This document shows, piece by piece, positions 52,883 to 62,695 of a stretch of 64,000 bases of DNA. The notes under the pieces are model-generated. The model had not been told where the DNA came from and did no database searches. It worked only from the letters and a program-made list of their open reading frames with translations. The translations under genes and the position numbers were made by a program. Source of the DNA: a bacterium (GTDB lineage: Bacteria; Patescibacteriota; Dojkabacteria; JAKAPS01); the NCBI GenBank assembly GCA_021806925.1, contig JAKAPS010000001.1:1237-65236 (forward strand), given 5' to 3'. Position 1 is the stretch's first letter; each line of letters opens with the position of its first letter.

Positions 52883-54457
52883 ATGAAACAGCATGTTGTT
52901 CCACAGAATATTATGAGTGTGGAATTTAAAATCATTGGGGATTTGACTATTCATCAGTTTGTATATATTGCAATCGCTGGTGGTATATGTTTTGTTCTTT
53001 ATGTTGCCTATCTGCCAGGAATAATAAAATGGATGTTAATTATCATTGTAGGATTCATAGGAATACTTGTTGCATTAGCGAAGGTTAACGAAAGACCATT
53101 TGATGTTTGGATAAGCAATTTTATAGTTGCTATTCTATTACCTACAGAACGTGTATGGAAGAAGGAATATACTATCCCAGATTTTCTAGTATCACAAAAA
53201 AAACTCGATTCATTGAAGCCAATTAAAATTGATCAAAGGAATTCATACAAAAAACTTAATAATTATCTCCATTCAATCAACATGCAAACTGATGCAATTA
53301 GTAGATACAATACTAAAATGGATATTGAAGAGATAAAATTTCTTAACTCTATAAAAGATACAATTGACGGATTAAATAAAAAAGAAACTATTGCTGAAAA
53401 AAACAATTCAGCAATACTACCTATCAGTGCAAATATATATACAAATCCTGCTGGTGCTAAAATAAATGATAGCAATGTGCTGAGTAATAATCCAATCAAT
53501 GATACGAATACAGAATCTAGCAATGAAGAGAAAATAAAAAATATTGTACCAACGGAATCGGCATCTACATTACAAGAGGAATCTAACGAAAATGATACTA
53601 CAAACAATATAGCGTTAGATGAAGACAAGCATAATGCTGTTGGAATAGATAAACATGATATTAATTCTGTTGGTTCAGACAATTTTGATATTAATGCTGT
53701 TGGTTCATACAATATTGATATTAAAGACATTATTACTAATTTAACACAGAAAGATGATACAAATTCAGATAGAAATAACATAGCAGTGGATAATTCTATT
53801 GGAGATGATTCTAATAAATTAGCAGATTTACCTCCAATAGATATTAATACCTTGCTGACTGAAAGAAAGGATTATGATACCAAAAGCGATAAAAATGATA
53901 GGTTATTAAAAGTTGAAGAAGAAAAGATTGAGAATTTAGAGATTGAAAATAAGATTCTTAAAGAGGAAATTGAAAATATAAAGAAAACAATTGGTAATAA
54001 GACAGAAAGTATAGCTAAACAAAATGAACAAGTCCAACCTAGTAAACAAGAGGATACTGATATAAAGACTCTAGATAAAGTAAATACACCTGAGAATGAA
54101 GGTGAAAGTTTAGTTGCATCAAGTGAAGAGCTAAATAAAGCAATAGGATATATGCCTGATTATACAAAGCTACCTAATATAATTTATGGAGTTGTTCTTG
54201 ATACACAACTGAAGCCAATTACAGATGTTGTAGTAATAATAAAAAATAATAAAAACGGTAATATAATTAGAGCATTAAAAACAAACTTTCTTGGACAATT
54301 TTATTCACGTACACCTTTGCAAAATGGAGAATATATAATTGAAGCAAACAAGGAAGGAATTGTTTTTATTCCTACAAGTATTATAATTGATTCAGATAGA
54401 ATAAAACCTATCATTATAAAACCACAATCAGTGAATGAAGATATTAAATTAATATAA
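52883..54457 (+). CDS. PrgI-like (VirB3-analog) membrane domain fused to a long Asn/Asp-rich and coiled-coil region with a C-terminal beta-sandwich (CarboxypepD_reg-like) domain
   Basis: The N-terminus (SVEFKIIGDLTIHQFVYIAIAGG...ALAKVNERPFDVWISNFIVAIL) matches the PrgI family pattern (two TM helices plus the NGRPF-like motif). Heptad-like EEKIENLEIENKILKEEIENIKK and VVLDTQLKPITDVVVIIKNNKNGNIIRALKTNFLGQFY also occur. Confidence 0.5.
   Translation: MKQHVVPQNIMSVEFKIIGDLTIHQFVYIAIAGGICFVLYVAYLPGIIKWMLIIIVGFIGILVALAKVNERPFDVWISNFIVAILLPTERVWKKEYTIPDFLVSQKKLDSLKPIKIDQRNSYKKLNNYLHSINMQTDAISRYNTKMDIEEIKFLNSIKDTIDGLNKKETIAEKNNSAILPISANIYTNPAGAKINDSNVLSNNPINDTNTESSNEEKIKNIVPTESASTLQEESNENDTTNNIALDEDKHNAVGIDKHDINSVGSDNFDINAVGSYNIDIKDIITNLTQKDDTNSDRNNIAVDNSIGDDSNKLADLPPIDINTLLTERKDYDTKSDKNDRLLKVEEEKIENLEIENKILKEEIENIKKTIGNKTESIAKQNEQVQPSKQEDTDIKTLDKVNTPENEGESLVASSEELNKAIGYMPDYTKLPNIIYGVVLDTQLKPITDVVVIIKNNKNGNIIRALKTNFLGQFYSRTPLQNGEYIIEANKEGIVFIPTSIIIDSDRIKPIIIKPQSVNEDIKLI
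53633..53722 (+). repeat. 3 x 30-bp in-frame tandem repeat (encodes NAVGIDKHDI / NSVGSDNFDI / NAVGSYNIDI)
   Basis: AATGCTGTTGG(A/T)..GATATT units, read directly. Confidence 0.75.
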
Positions 54458-54485
54458 AATTATAGAGAAAAAAATAAATTAAAAT

Positions 54486-55190
54486 ATGAAGAACCAAACA
54501 CATGCTTCAACACAAAGTCATCTTGATATAGAGGATATAAGGGATGATTTAGTTATTTTGAAAAATGGGAAAGTTGATCTTGTGCTTGAAACTACAGCAA
54601 TCAATTTCTCTCTTCTTTCAGAGATGGAACAGGATGCAAGAATAAATGGATTTGCTGGATTACTCAATTCATTGAATTTCCCATTACAAGTGTTTATACA
54701 CACTGAAAGTGTTGACATAACAAAGTACATTGCGAAAATTAAAGAATATAAGAAAAATGCAAAAAATGAAAAAATTGCATTACAAATTGATTATTATCTT
54801 GATTTTATTAAAGGATTAATTGAGAAAAATGAGGTGTTAGATAAAAGGTTTTTCTTAATAATTCCCTATTATCCAGAAACTTTAAAGAAAACAAACCCGA
54901 TAAAAACAGCCATGGGTAAAGAAGAGAGAATATTAAATATTGATGGATTGATTGAGAAAGCAAAAATTGAATTAATACAAAGGAAGGATACATTAATCAA
55001 ATTATTGCTTAGAATGGGGTTAAGAACAAAGCAACTAACAACCGAAGACCTTATAAATCTTTTCTATAAGCTATATAACAGTGACTCAATATCACTTAAT
55101 ACAATAAAATCACCAAAGGAGGATTTTCTTGCACCAATAGTATCTTCAGAGGTTGACTTTATATCTACAAATCCAAATGAAATAAATTAA
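54486..55190 (+). CDS. Protein resembling the N-terminal domain of VirB4/TraC-family ATPases (stand-alone)
   Basis: IEDIRDDLVILKNGKVDLVLETTAINFSLLSEMEQDARINGF follows the VirB4 N-terminal consensus (dG.l..v.e..g.nf.L.seeeq). There is no ATPase motif. Confidence 0.4.
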   Translation: MKNQTHASTQSHLDIEDIRDDLVILKNGKVDLVLETTAINFSLLSEMEQDARINGFAGLLNSLNFPLQVFIHTESVDITKYIAKIKEYKKNAKNEKIALQIDYYLDFIKGLIEKNEVLDKRFFLIIPYYPETLKKTNPIKTAMGKEERILNIDGLIEKAKIELIQRKDTLIKLLLRMGLRTKQLTTEDLINLFYKLYNSDSISLNTIKSPKEDFLAPIVSSEVDFISTNPNEIN

Positions 55191-55193
55191 AAT

Positions 55194-57188
55194 ATGAGCC
55201 AAGATGATACTAAAAACATTACATCACCTATAGTTAATAGTCCTGTAAAACCTACAACTAATAATAAAAAAAGTAATAAAGTACCTTTTATTGGAGCTAT
55301 CTCAGACATTATTGACATTGCAAGATTCTTCTTTTTTTCGCAAGGAAAATCAGATAACTCAGAGGTAATGATATCAAAAGAAGTATCTGAATTTAGTGAC
55401 GGAATTGTTACAGTTAGAGATATATTAGCTCCATCTTCTATTGAAGTAGATTTTGACTACATAAAAATTAATCAGAAATATTATAGAACATATTTTGCGG
55501 CGCTATTTCCTAGGTTTGTAAATGCAAATTGGCTTGCTCCATTAATAAACTTTGAAAGAACTATTGATATATCGATGTACTACTTTACTGTAGATTCAAG
55601 AGAAGTTATGCTCAAATTAAGGAGAAAAATTGCTGAAATGGAAGCAACATTGAATACACTTAATGAGCAAGGGAAAGTTCTTGATCCTAATGTAAAAGTT
55701 GCCTTAGAGGACGCAAACCTATTACAGGAGCAACTTGCGAAAGGTGAAGAGAAATTTTTTCACTTCTCTGTTTATATAACAATTCAAACTGACACTGAAG
55801 ATGAATTAAATAAATTTGGGAAGGAACTTGAAACTGTATTAAGTGCAAGCGGATTAATTATAAAATCTGCATACTTACAACAAGAATTTGCATTTCAATC
55901 AGTAATCCCTACAAATAATGATAAACTTATGGTTGTCAGAAATATGGATACTACATCAATAGCAACCACATTTCCTTTTATTTCATCAGATCTTTCCTCT
56001 GATTCAGGAATTTTATATGGAATAAATAAATATAACAAAGGATTAGTAATTTATGATAGGTTTTCAAATGAAAACTATAATACTGTAATTTTTGCTCGTT
56101 CTGGGGCAGGTAAAAGTTATTTAGCAAAACTTGAGGCACTACGCTCTTTAATGCTTGGTGTTGAGGTCATTATAATAGACCCTGAAAGAGAATATGAAAA
56201 GCTATGTACTGTTGTAGGAGGAAGTTACCTGTCATTTTCCCAGGATGGTGCAAGTAAAATAAATCCGTTTGACCTATCAGGAATATATGATACAGATGAA
56301 GATGAACTGAGATTTAAAATACTATCTCTTCATGGACTATTCCGTATCATTCTCGGGAATGGTAATAATGAGCAGTTAACTGCTATTGAAAGTGCTGTAC
56401 TAGATAAAGCAATAATAAACACGTATAGAGAAAAAGGAATTACAACTGATCCATTAACACAGAAGAAGGAGCCCCCTGTTCTTCAAGACTTATATAAGGT
56501 TCTTCTATCTATGGAAGAAAATGAATCTCAATCCCTTGCGAAAAGACTTGAGAAATTTATTACAGGTAGTGCTTCAGGTATTTTTGATAAAAAAACAAAT
56601 ATAGAAATAAACAATGAGTTCACAGTATTCTCAATTAGAGACCTTTCTGAAGAATTAAGACCTGCAGCAATGTATCTTATGCTTGATTACATTTGGACAA
56701 AAGTAAAAAAGAAAAAAAAGAAAAGGATACTTATGATTGATGAAGCATGGATATTGATGAAATATCCAGATAGCGCCCAATTTATAAATGGATTAGCCAA
56801 GAGGGCAAGAAAGTACTACCTTGGAGTAACAACCATAACTCAAGATGTAGAAGATTTCTTTGCTACAGATTATGGAAAGGCTGTTGTTAATAACGCTGCA
56901 ATGCAGATACTTCTAAAACAAAGCCCAAGTGCAATAAACAATATTCAAAAAGTATTCTTTCTTTCTGATGGTGAAAAAGATCTACTACTCAATTCAGCTC
57001 CAGGTGAGGGTTTGTTTTTTGCAGGAGCAAATCATGTTGCAATAACTATTAAGGCTAGTGAATATGAGCACAACTTAATAACAAGCAACCCACAGGATAT
57101 AATAAATCAAGAAAAAGAAGCTTTGAAAAATGAATATAAGAATTCGCAACAGCTGAATAATGGAACAATATCAAGAAGAGCAAACTAA
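55194..57188 (+). CDS. VirB4/TrbE/PrgJ-family ATPase (T4SS or Ced-type translocation ATPase)
   Basis: N-terminal domain with SDGIVTVRDILAPSSIEVDFDYIKIN...FHFSVYITIQ. Walker A FARSGAGKSYLAKL, Walker B ILMIDEAW and ITQDVEDFF. Confidence 0.8.
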   Translation: MSQDDTKNITSPIVNSPVKPTTNNKKSNKVPFIGAISDIIDIARFFFFSQGKSDNSEVMISKEVSEFSDGIVTVRDILAPSSIEVDFDYIKINQKYYRTYFAALFPRFVNANWLAPLINFERTIDISMYYFTVDSREVMLKLRRKIAEMEATLNTLNEQGKVLDPNVKVALEDANLLQEQLAKGEEKFFHFSVYITIQTDTEDELNKFGKELETVLSASGLIIKSAYLQQEFAFQSVIPTNNDKLMVVRNMDTTSIATTFPFISSDLSSDSGILYGINKYNKGLVIYDRFSNENYNTVIFARSGAGKSYLAKLEALRSLMLGVEVIIIDPEREYEKLCTVVGGSYLSFSQDGASKINPFDLSGIYDTDEDELRFKILSLHGLFRIILGNGNNEQLTAIESAVLDKAIINTYREKGITTDPLTQKKEPPVLQDLYKVLLSMEENESQSLAKRLEKFITGSASGIFDKKTNIEINNEFTVFSIRDLSEELRPAAMYLMLDYIWTKVKKKKKKRILMIDEAWILMKYPDSAQFINGLAKRARKYYLGVTTITQDVEDFFATDYGKAVVNNAAMQILLKQSPSAINNIQKVFFLSDGEKDLLLNSAPGEGLFFAGANHVAITIKASEYEHNLITSNPQDIINQEKEALKNEYKNSQQLNNGTISRRAN

Positions 57189-57416
57189 TATATATTCAAT
57201 TCTAAATTACTCTTTACAATGGATTTATTGATTCTGTCAAGCAATTAACTATTAATTCCATGAATAATAGATTCAGTACAAGCTTTTTATTCAAAAAAAG
57301 TAATCCTAGAAAAATATAATTAAAATTATCCTTATATACCCTGGTAAAATGAAATAGATTGCAAAAATAAATTTATTAATATAAACTTCCGCTAGAACAA
57401 AATAGAAAGGAAAAAA

Positions 57417-57698
57417 ATGAAAAATATATTTTTCCTTTCCCCAATAGTAGTGTATGCATCTGTATACACAATTCCCCAGCTGCAAAGTACTGTGAACAAC
57501 ATTACAGATACACTTTCATGGATTATTGGAAGTTGTATCGTGTTATTGATAACAAATTTTGGAATTCAATTTATTCTATCATCTGATAATCCGCAAGAAA
57601 GGGCTAAACTAAAGACTAAAATTGTTTGGTCAATAATCGGCCTATTCATAGTTATTTTTGCAAAAGATATATCTATATGGATACAAAATATTATATAA
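57417..57698 (+). CDS. VirB2/TrbC-like pilin candidate (small two-helix membrane protein)
   Basis: 93 aa: signal-like N-terminus, a hydrophobic helix, a short polar loop (SSDNPQERAKLKTK) and a second helix. It sits immediately after the VirB4-like gene. Confidence 0.35.
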   Translation: MKNIFFLSPIVVYASVYTIPQLQSTVNNITDTLSWIIGSCIVLLITNFGIQFILSSDNPQERAKLKTKIVWSIIGLFIVIFAKDISIWIQNII

Positions 57699-58756
57699 CA
57701 ACACAATTAAAGCAATTTGGAATTCTTATAAAGCTTATAGAAATAATAATTGTAATAATTATAACTACTGTTTACTACAACAATTCAAATATATTAAAGA
57801 ATAACTCATCAATAGCTTCTACACATATAAATAAGGCGACTAGTGCCACGTTAGTGGGTACTGGTCGTATTGGATCTGGAGCAATTTCAAGCACATGCTA
57901 TACAAGTTACTCAATTAATGTCTTAAGTGATGCTCTGGAGTTTTTAACATGTCAATTTAACAATATATTTGGAGAGTATGTGTTTTCCACTGAGAATTTA
58001 TTTAATAATAGTGAATTCACTATATTTGAATCAAATATACAGAATATGGCTCTATATTTAATTCCACTTGCAATAATTATTGTTACCTCAATTGAATTGC
58101 TAAAATATGTTGAAGGAAAAGGAGATAGCATTGTAAGCATCCTTTACGAATTTATATTAAATGTAATTTTAATAATAATCTTACCTAAAATATTTTCTTT
58201 GCTTATAGATTTCACAAATTCAATATCAAATTACTTCTCAAGTATTTCATTTAACAAAAGCACATCACTTGCTTCAAGTATTAATTCTGTATTTTTCGAG
58301 CAGAATTCATCAATACCAGGAATTGCACTTGATATACTTTGGATTTTCTTATTCTCTGCCATATTATTCATAACTGTATTCTTTCTATTCAGATTCATAT
58401 TTATATACTTGTCATATTCAGTTATCCTACTATTAATACCTTTTATAAATATAAAAATTGTTAAGAATTTGTTACTTTCAATTAGCGAAAAAACTATTCA
58501 ATTTATTCTAATTCAACCGATATTTATATTAAGCGTTAACTTCTTCCTGTTTATAGTAAAAACAAGCTCACTAAATGTTAACAGTATAATATTTACTTTA
58601 GCCCTTGTTTTATCTCTGTCATTTATACCAGTATATTTTACAGGATTAACAGTTTCAAGGTTCTCAAGCATATCAAATTCTAAAATTAGAGGTGCAGTAA
58701 GAGGCAGTATTGTTAGATTGGATATGATTGCTAACGATATAATTAAATCTCTATGA
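57677..58756 (+). CDS. VirB6/TrbL/CedA-like polytopic membrane protein
   Basis: One N-terminal TM, an external loop of about 100 aa, then at least five TM helices. The start is set at the internal Met (track start 57626). Confidence 0.45.
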   Translation: MDTKYYITTQLKQFGILIKLIEIIIVIIITTVYYNNSNILKNNSSIASTHINKATSATLVGTGRIGSGAISSTCYTSYSINVLSDALEFLTCQFNNIFGEYVFSTENLFNNSEFTIFESNIQNMALYLIPLAIIIVTSIELLKYVEGKGDSIVSILYEFILNVILIIILPKIFSLLIDFTNSISNYFSSISFNKSTSLASSINSVFFEQNSSIPGIALDILWIFLFSAILFITVFFLFRFIFIYLSYSVILLLIPFINIKIVKNLLLSISEKTIQFILIQPIFILSVNFFLFIVKTSSLNVNSIIFTLALVLSLSFIPVYFTGLTVSRFSSISNSKIRGAVRGSIVRLDMIANDIIKSL

Positions 58757-58968
58757 ATTATAGAATTCAAATTCTTATTGCAATAATTATTTTAGGATTA
58801 CTTGCACAAGATATTTTTATTAGGATTTTAGTATTAATATCATGCATGTTTTATTTAACAACTGTTATTCGTTATAGAGCCAAATTACTTATATCCTATA
58901 TACCAGTCATTCTTATGTTTTTATTTAGAAGAAAAATATATGTTAAAAAATATAGAAGAGATATTTAA
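58753..58968 (+). CDS. Small two-TM membrane protein
   Basis: 71 aa, overlaps the upstream gene by 4 nt. Confidence 0.3.
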   Translation: MNYRIQILIAIIILGLLAQDIFIRILVLISCMFYLTTVIRYRAKLLISYIPVILMFLFRRKIYVKKYRRDI

Positions 58969-59368
58969 TATAAAACAGATTAATGCAAATGATGTACTTT
59001 TCAAGGATAATTCTCATTGCTATATATATAAAATAAGGAATGTTGAAAACGAGATGCTACTAAAGTTTCTTAAAATGACAACTAAAGAGGCTACAATATA
59101 TTTTTTTAAGGAAAACTATATATTCGACACATACATTGAAAAATTGCTTGATAACAATCTAAATGAAAGGCATCTTGGATTTCTTCTTCAATATATTTCA
59201 TACTTGAATAAGACGAATATACAGGGACTTGAGATCTTTTTACTTGTTAAGCAGGATAATGGTTCAGTCAACTCAATTGATGAATATATATATAAATTGA
59301 GAATAGATATACAGAAGACAGATACAAAAACAACACACGACTTCTTTGTAAAATTGTTATGCAATTAA
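58940..59368 (+). CDS. Hypothetical protein immediately upstream of the second VirB4-family ATPase
   Basis: 142 aa, soluble. Confidence 0.3.
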   Translation: MLKNIEEIFNIKQINANDVLFKDNSHCYIYKIRNVENEMLLKFLKMTTKEATIYFFKENYIFDTYIEKLLDNNLNERHLGFLLQYISYLNKTNIQGLEIFLLVKQDNGSVNSIDEYIYKLRIDIQKTDTKTTHDFFVKLLCN

Positions 59369-60606
59369 CATATAAAATATATAAAGACATATCATCATTT
59401 TTCAAATTTATAGGAATAGTTAGAAGAGAAAAGAGAACAAGCGTTGAATTATATAAAATTGATACACCTACTTTGATATTAAAAGAATATTTTGACAGGA
59501 TAGTTATAAATTCGCAGAGCTATTATCAATTCTTAATAATTCCACGGGATGAATCTATTGATAATATTATTAATGATTTAATTAATTATTCATTTAAAAA
59601 TATCAAGTTGAACATCACATTGTATAATTCGTCAGAAATTAATAGAAAGATCATAAAAAATATAAATAAAATAAGAGAAGATGTTATTACTGGAAATGAG
59701 GAGCTTGAGGTAGCTAAATTCAACATTGAAGACAAATTTAATCAAGTAAAGGAATATAGAAAAAATGATATTGTATTTTCAGTAAACATTGTATTAACAA
59801 AAAATGAAAAAACTTCATCCTTTGCAAATCTAATAAAATCTAAATATGGTGCAAATTCATACCAAATATATTTTACAAACATACAAAACTTTAGAAAAGT
59901 TATTGAAAGTAATCATAATGACTCACTAACACAATACCCAATTCTTTTAAATAAATCATACTTCTATAAATCAGGAATATATCTTGGTAATAATATTAAA
60001 GTTAATACCCCTATATTTCTAGATATATTCTCAATGCAGAATTACAACATGATTGTATTAGCTCGTTCTGGTGCTGGAAAGACTACTCTTGCAAAAGAAA
60101 TTATTATCAGAGAAATTTTCAACGGTGTGAAAATATTTTGTATTGACCCAGAAAATGAATATACAAAATTGAAAGATATATTTGATGAAAAATTCTTTGA
60201 AATTATTGAAGACGTTTCATACTTCTTAGATAATATAGAAAAGGAATCTAAAGGTAAGACACTTATATTTATTGATGAAGCACATAAGTATTTAGATGAT
60301 AAAAACATATCAAAGAAGATTAGACACGTTATAAAGACTGGAAGGAAATATAACATTGGAGTAGTGTTAATTACCCAAGATGTAATTGATTTTTTACAGA
60401 ATAGAAATACTAAAACTGCAATTCTAAATTCTGGATGTATATTCCTTCTAAAACAACATGAGTATATCGCCACACTCCTTGGAAAGGTTTTTGGACTAAG
60501 TAGCGATGACTTAAATTTTCTTATTCATTCAAATCTTTCTGAGGTCCTTATAAAATCTGACTATACTAACGAGTACATGTCATTTAGTAAACTATTTGAT
60601 GTATAA
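59359..60606 (+). CDS. Second VirB4-family ATPase paralog (short form)
   Basis: Walker A VLARSGAGKTTLAKEI, IFCIDPENEY, Walker B LIFIDEAHKY and LITQDVIDFL, all parallel to the ORF at 55194. Confidence 0.7.
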   Translation: MQLTYKIYKDISSFFKFIGIVRREKRTSVELYKIDTPTLILKEYFDRIVINSQSYYQFLIIPRDESIDNIINDLINYSFKNIKLNITLYNSSEINRKIIKNINKIREDVITGNEELEVAKFNIEDKFNQVKEYRKNDIVFSVNIVLTKNEKTSSFANLIKSKYGANSYQIYFTNIQNFRKVIESNHNDSLTQYPILLNKSYFYKSGIYLGNNIKVNTPIFLDIFSMQNYNMIVLARSGAGKTTLAKEIIIREIFNGVKIFCIDPENEYTKLKDIFDEKFFEIIEDVSYFLDNIEKESKGKTLIFIDEAHKYLDDKNISKKIRHVIKTGRKYNIGVVLITQDVIDFLQNRNTKTAILNSGCIFLLKQHEYIATLLGKVFGLSSDDLNFLIHSNLSEVLIKSDYTNEYMSFSKLFDV

Positions 60607-60620
60607 TTATTAATGTTATT

Positions 60621-61097
60621 ATGGATTCAATAGAAAACAACAATTCAAAAAATATATCAATTACAGAAACAAATAAAGAAGGAATCTTTAATCTGTATAC
60701 AGATGGTGCTTCAAAAGGTAATCCTGGAAATTCAGGTTGTTTTGCAGTAATCTATGATGAAAGTCAGAAGAATATAATATATAAAGACGGCAAATTGCTT
60801 GGTATAAATACAAACAATTTTGCTGAGTATGAAGGATTAATTACTGGGTTAGAATTAGCTTTGAAACATAGTATAAGGAAACTTCATATTTTTATGGATA
60901 GTCAACTAGTTGTCAAGCAAATACAAGGGAAATATAAAATTAAAGACATAAAATTGAAAATGAAGTATAATACAGTTGTAAACATTCTGAAGCAATTTGA
61001 CTTTTGGGATATAACGGATGTACCAAGAGCAATGAACAAAGAAGCAGATAAGAATGTAAATATATTAATAAAAAATGGATATAATACTATTAAGTGA
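60621..61097 (+). CDS. rnhA: Ribonuclease HI
   Basis: YTDGASKGNPGNSGCFAVIY and DSQLVVKQIQGKYKIKD match the RNase H fold catalytic motifs. Confidence 0.75.
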   Translation: MDSIENNNSKNISITETNKEGIFNLYTDGASKGNPGNSGCFAVIYDESQKNIIYKDGKLLGINTNNFAEYEGLITGLELALKHSIRKLHIFMDSQLVVKQIQGKYKIKDIKLKMKYNTVVNILKQFDFWDITDVPRAMNKEADKNVNILIKNGYNTIK

Positions 61098-61731
61098 TTA
61101 TTTGCGAGTAATAAAAAAGAATATAGCTCTTTTTATTCTACTAACTTTAATTGGAGTTGTAATTGGATATGCTCTTCCAAAGATTATTCCTGTTACATAC
61201 ACATCATCTCTTGATTTTTATGTTAGACATAAGACTCAAACTTCACCGCTTTTTTATACATATGATGGATATTATTCAACTCAATCAAGTGTTGATTTTA
61301 CCCAAACTGTAGCTGGATTTTTAGAATCTCTTTCAACAGTTGCAAATGCATCTCAGTTAGTAATAGCAGACCCATCATTAAAGCAATTGAATGTTAACAC
61401 ATCTAATTACGCAAATGCTGATTATTTACAAAAATTTCAAAAGAATATTTCTGTTAAAATAACTGCACCTCAGATAGTACATCTTTCAATTACTGACCCA
61501 AACAAGCAGGTATCTATAGTATGGACAAATGCCATAGAAAATGAATTATTACAAAATCTAAAGATATTAAATGAACAAGGTGATAGTAACTTCTCTGTAG
61601 ATGCTATATCCTCACCAATAACGACAGAGAATATAATTAATAAATATATATTAATGGCAGTTGGAGGATTGCTAGGTATATTCTTATCTTTCATTATTGG
61701 ATTTGCTAGAGATGATAAGAAAAACCACTAA
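61075..61731 (+). CDS. Bitopic membrane protein (Wzz/chain-length-determinant-like topology?)
   Basis: N-terminal TM, an extracytoplasmic domain of about 150 aa, and a C-terminal TM plus basic tail. Confidence 0.3.
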   Translation: MDIILLSDYLRVIKKNIALFILLTLIGVVIGYALPKIIPVTYTSSLDFYVRHKTQTSPLFYTYDGYYSTQSSVDFTQTVAGFLESLSTVANASQLVIADPSLKQLNVNTSNYANADYLQKFQKNISVKITAPQIVHLSITDPNKQVSIVWTNAIENELLQNLKILNEQGDSNFSVDAISSPITTENIINKYILMAVGGLLGIFLSFIIGFARDDKKNH

Positions 61732-61740
61732 TCTTCTCTA

Positions 61741-62619
61741 TTGATTGTATACATTCATATGATATATAACTATTACGGTAGTAATAAATTCAAAATAAAT
61801 GTTGAAACTGGAAAATTAAAGAAAGATAAAACAGTAAGATATTTTTCATCTGATTATTCTGACTACTATACATTTCTTCTGTCTAATTCTCTATTTGAAG
61901 ATGATGATTCAAGTGAAAAACTTGCAGTTATATATTCTGATGATTTTGTAGAAGATGAATTATCCCTAAATAATATTGTCAAATCTAGGAATTCTCATAT
62001 TTTAATCGTTTCAGAAAAGAAAATTAATATAAAATCAATTAAGAAAAGTAAATCTGATATTATATATATGAAGTGTGAGCCATATACAAAGGAAGAATTT
62101 TCATCACTTGCTAATTCTATATTAAGAATAAAGAAGAAGGATATAAAGCAATCAGATTTAAAAAAAATAATTGATGAATGTGATTTAGATGGATTTAAAT
62201 TATATAACTCAATAGTCCTTTATATAGCATCTGAAAATACCGTTCTTCCTTCATACAAGCATCCAACATATATATGGAATTTCATAAACGGCTTCACAAG
62301 TAGAAATAAAAACTTATATAAAACAGAATTAAAAACACTTATAGAAAAGAATGGAGAAGATTTTTTCTACATAAGTACAATGCTTGTATGGGCAATAAGG
62401 CTATTGATATTATTAAAGTCAAATCATGGAAATACATCAATAATATCAAAATCATTTGGTGTCAGCCCATATGCTTTAAGCAACCTACAAAGGAACATTA
62501 ATTCTTACTCATTAGATGAACTTATACTATTTCTAAACAAAATAAATACTATTGAATACAAAATCAAGACTGGAGTTATAAGAGAGGAAACTGCACTATG
62601 TTTATTGAAAATACTTTGA
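61741..62619 (+). CDS. Possible DNA polymerase III delta subunit (HolA-like)
   Basis: Length and helical C-terminal pattern only. Weak. Confidence 0.35.
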   Translation: MIVYIHMIYNYYGSNKFKINVETGKLKKDKTVRYFSSDYSDYYTFLLSNSLFEDDDSSEKLAVIYSDDFVEDELSLNNIVKSRNSHILIVSEKKINIKSIKKSKSDIIYMKCEPYTKEEFSSLANSILRIKKKDIKQSDLKKIIDECDLDGFKLYNSIVLYIASENTVLPSYKHPTYIWNFINGFTSRNKNLYKTELKTLIEKNGEDFFYISTMLVWAIRLLILLKSNHGNTSIISKSFGVSPYALSNLQRNINSYSLDELILFLNKINTIEYKIKTGVIREETALCLLKIL

Positions 62620-62665
62620 AAATACCTGTTGGAATTGAATTTGCCACTATATATATTCCATATAA

Positions 62666-62687
62666 AAAAGATTTTTAAACATCTTTT
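62666..62687. terminator. AT-rich hairpin between convergent genes (weak bidirectional terminator candidate)
   Basis: AAAAGAT-TTTTAAAC-ATCTTTT. Confidence 0.2.
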
Positions 62688-62695
62688 AAGTATCC

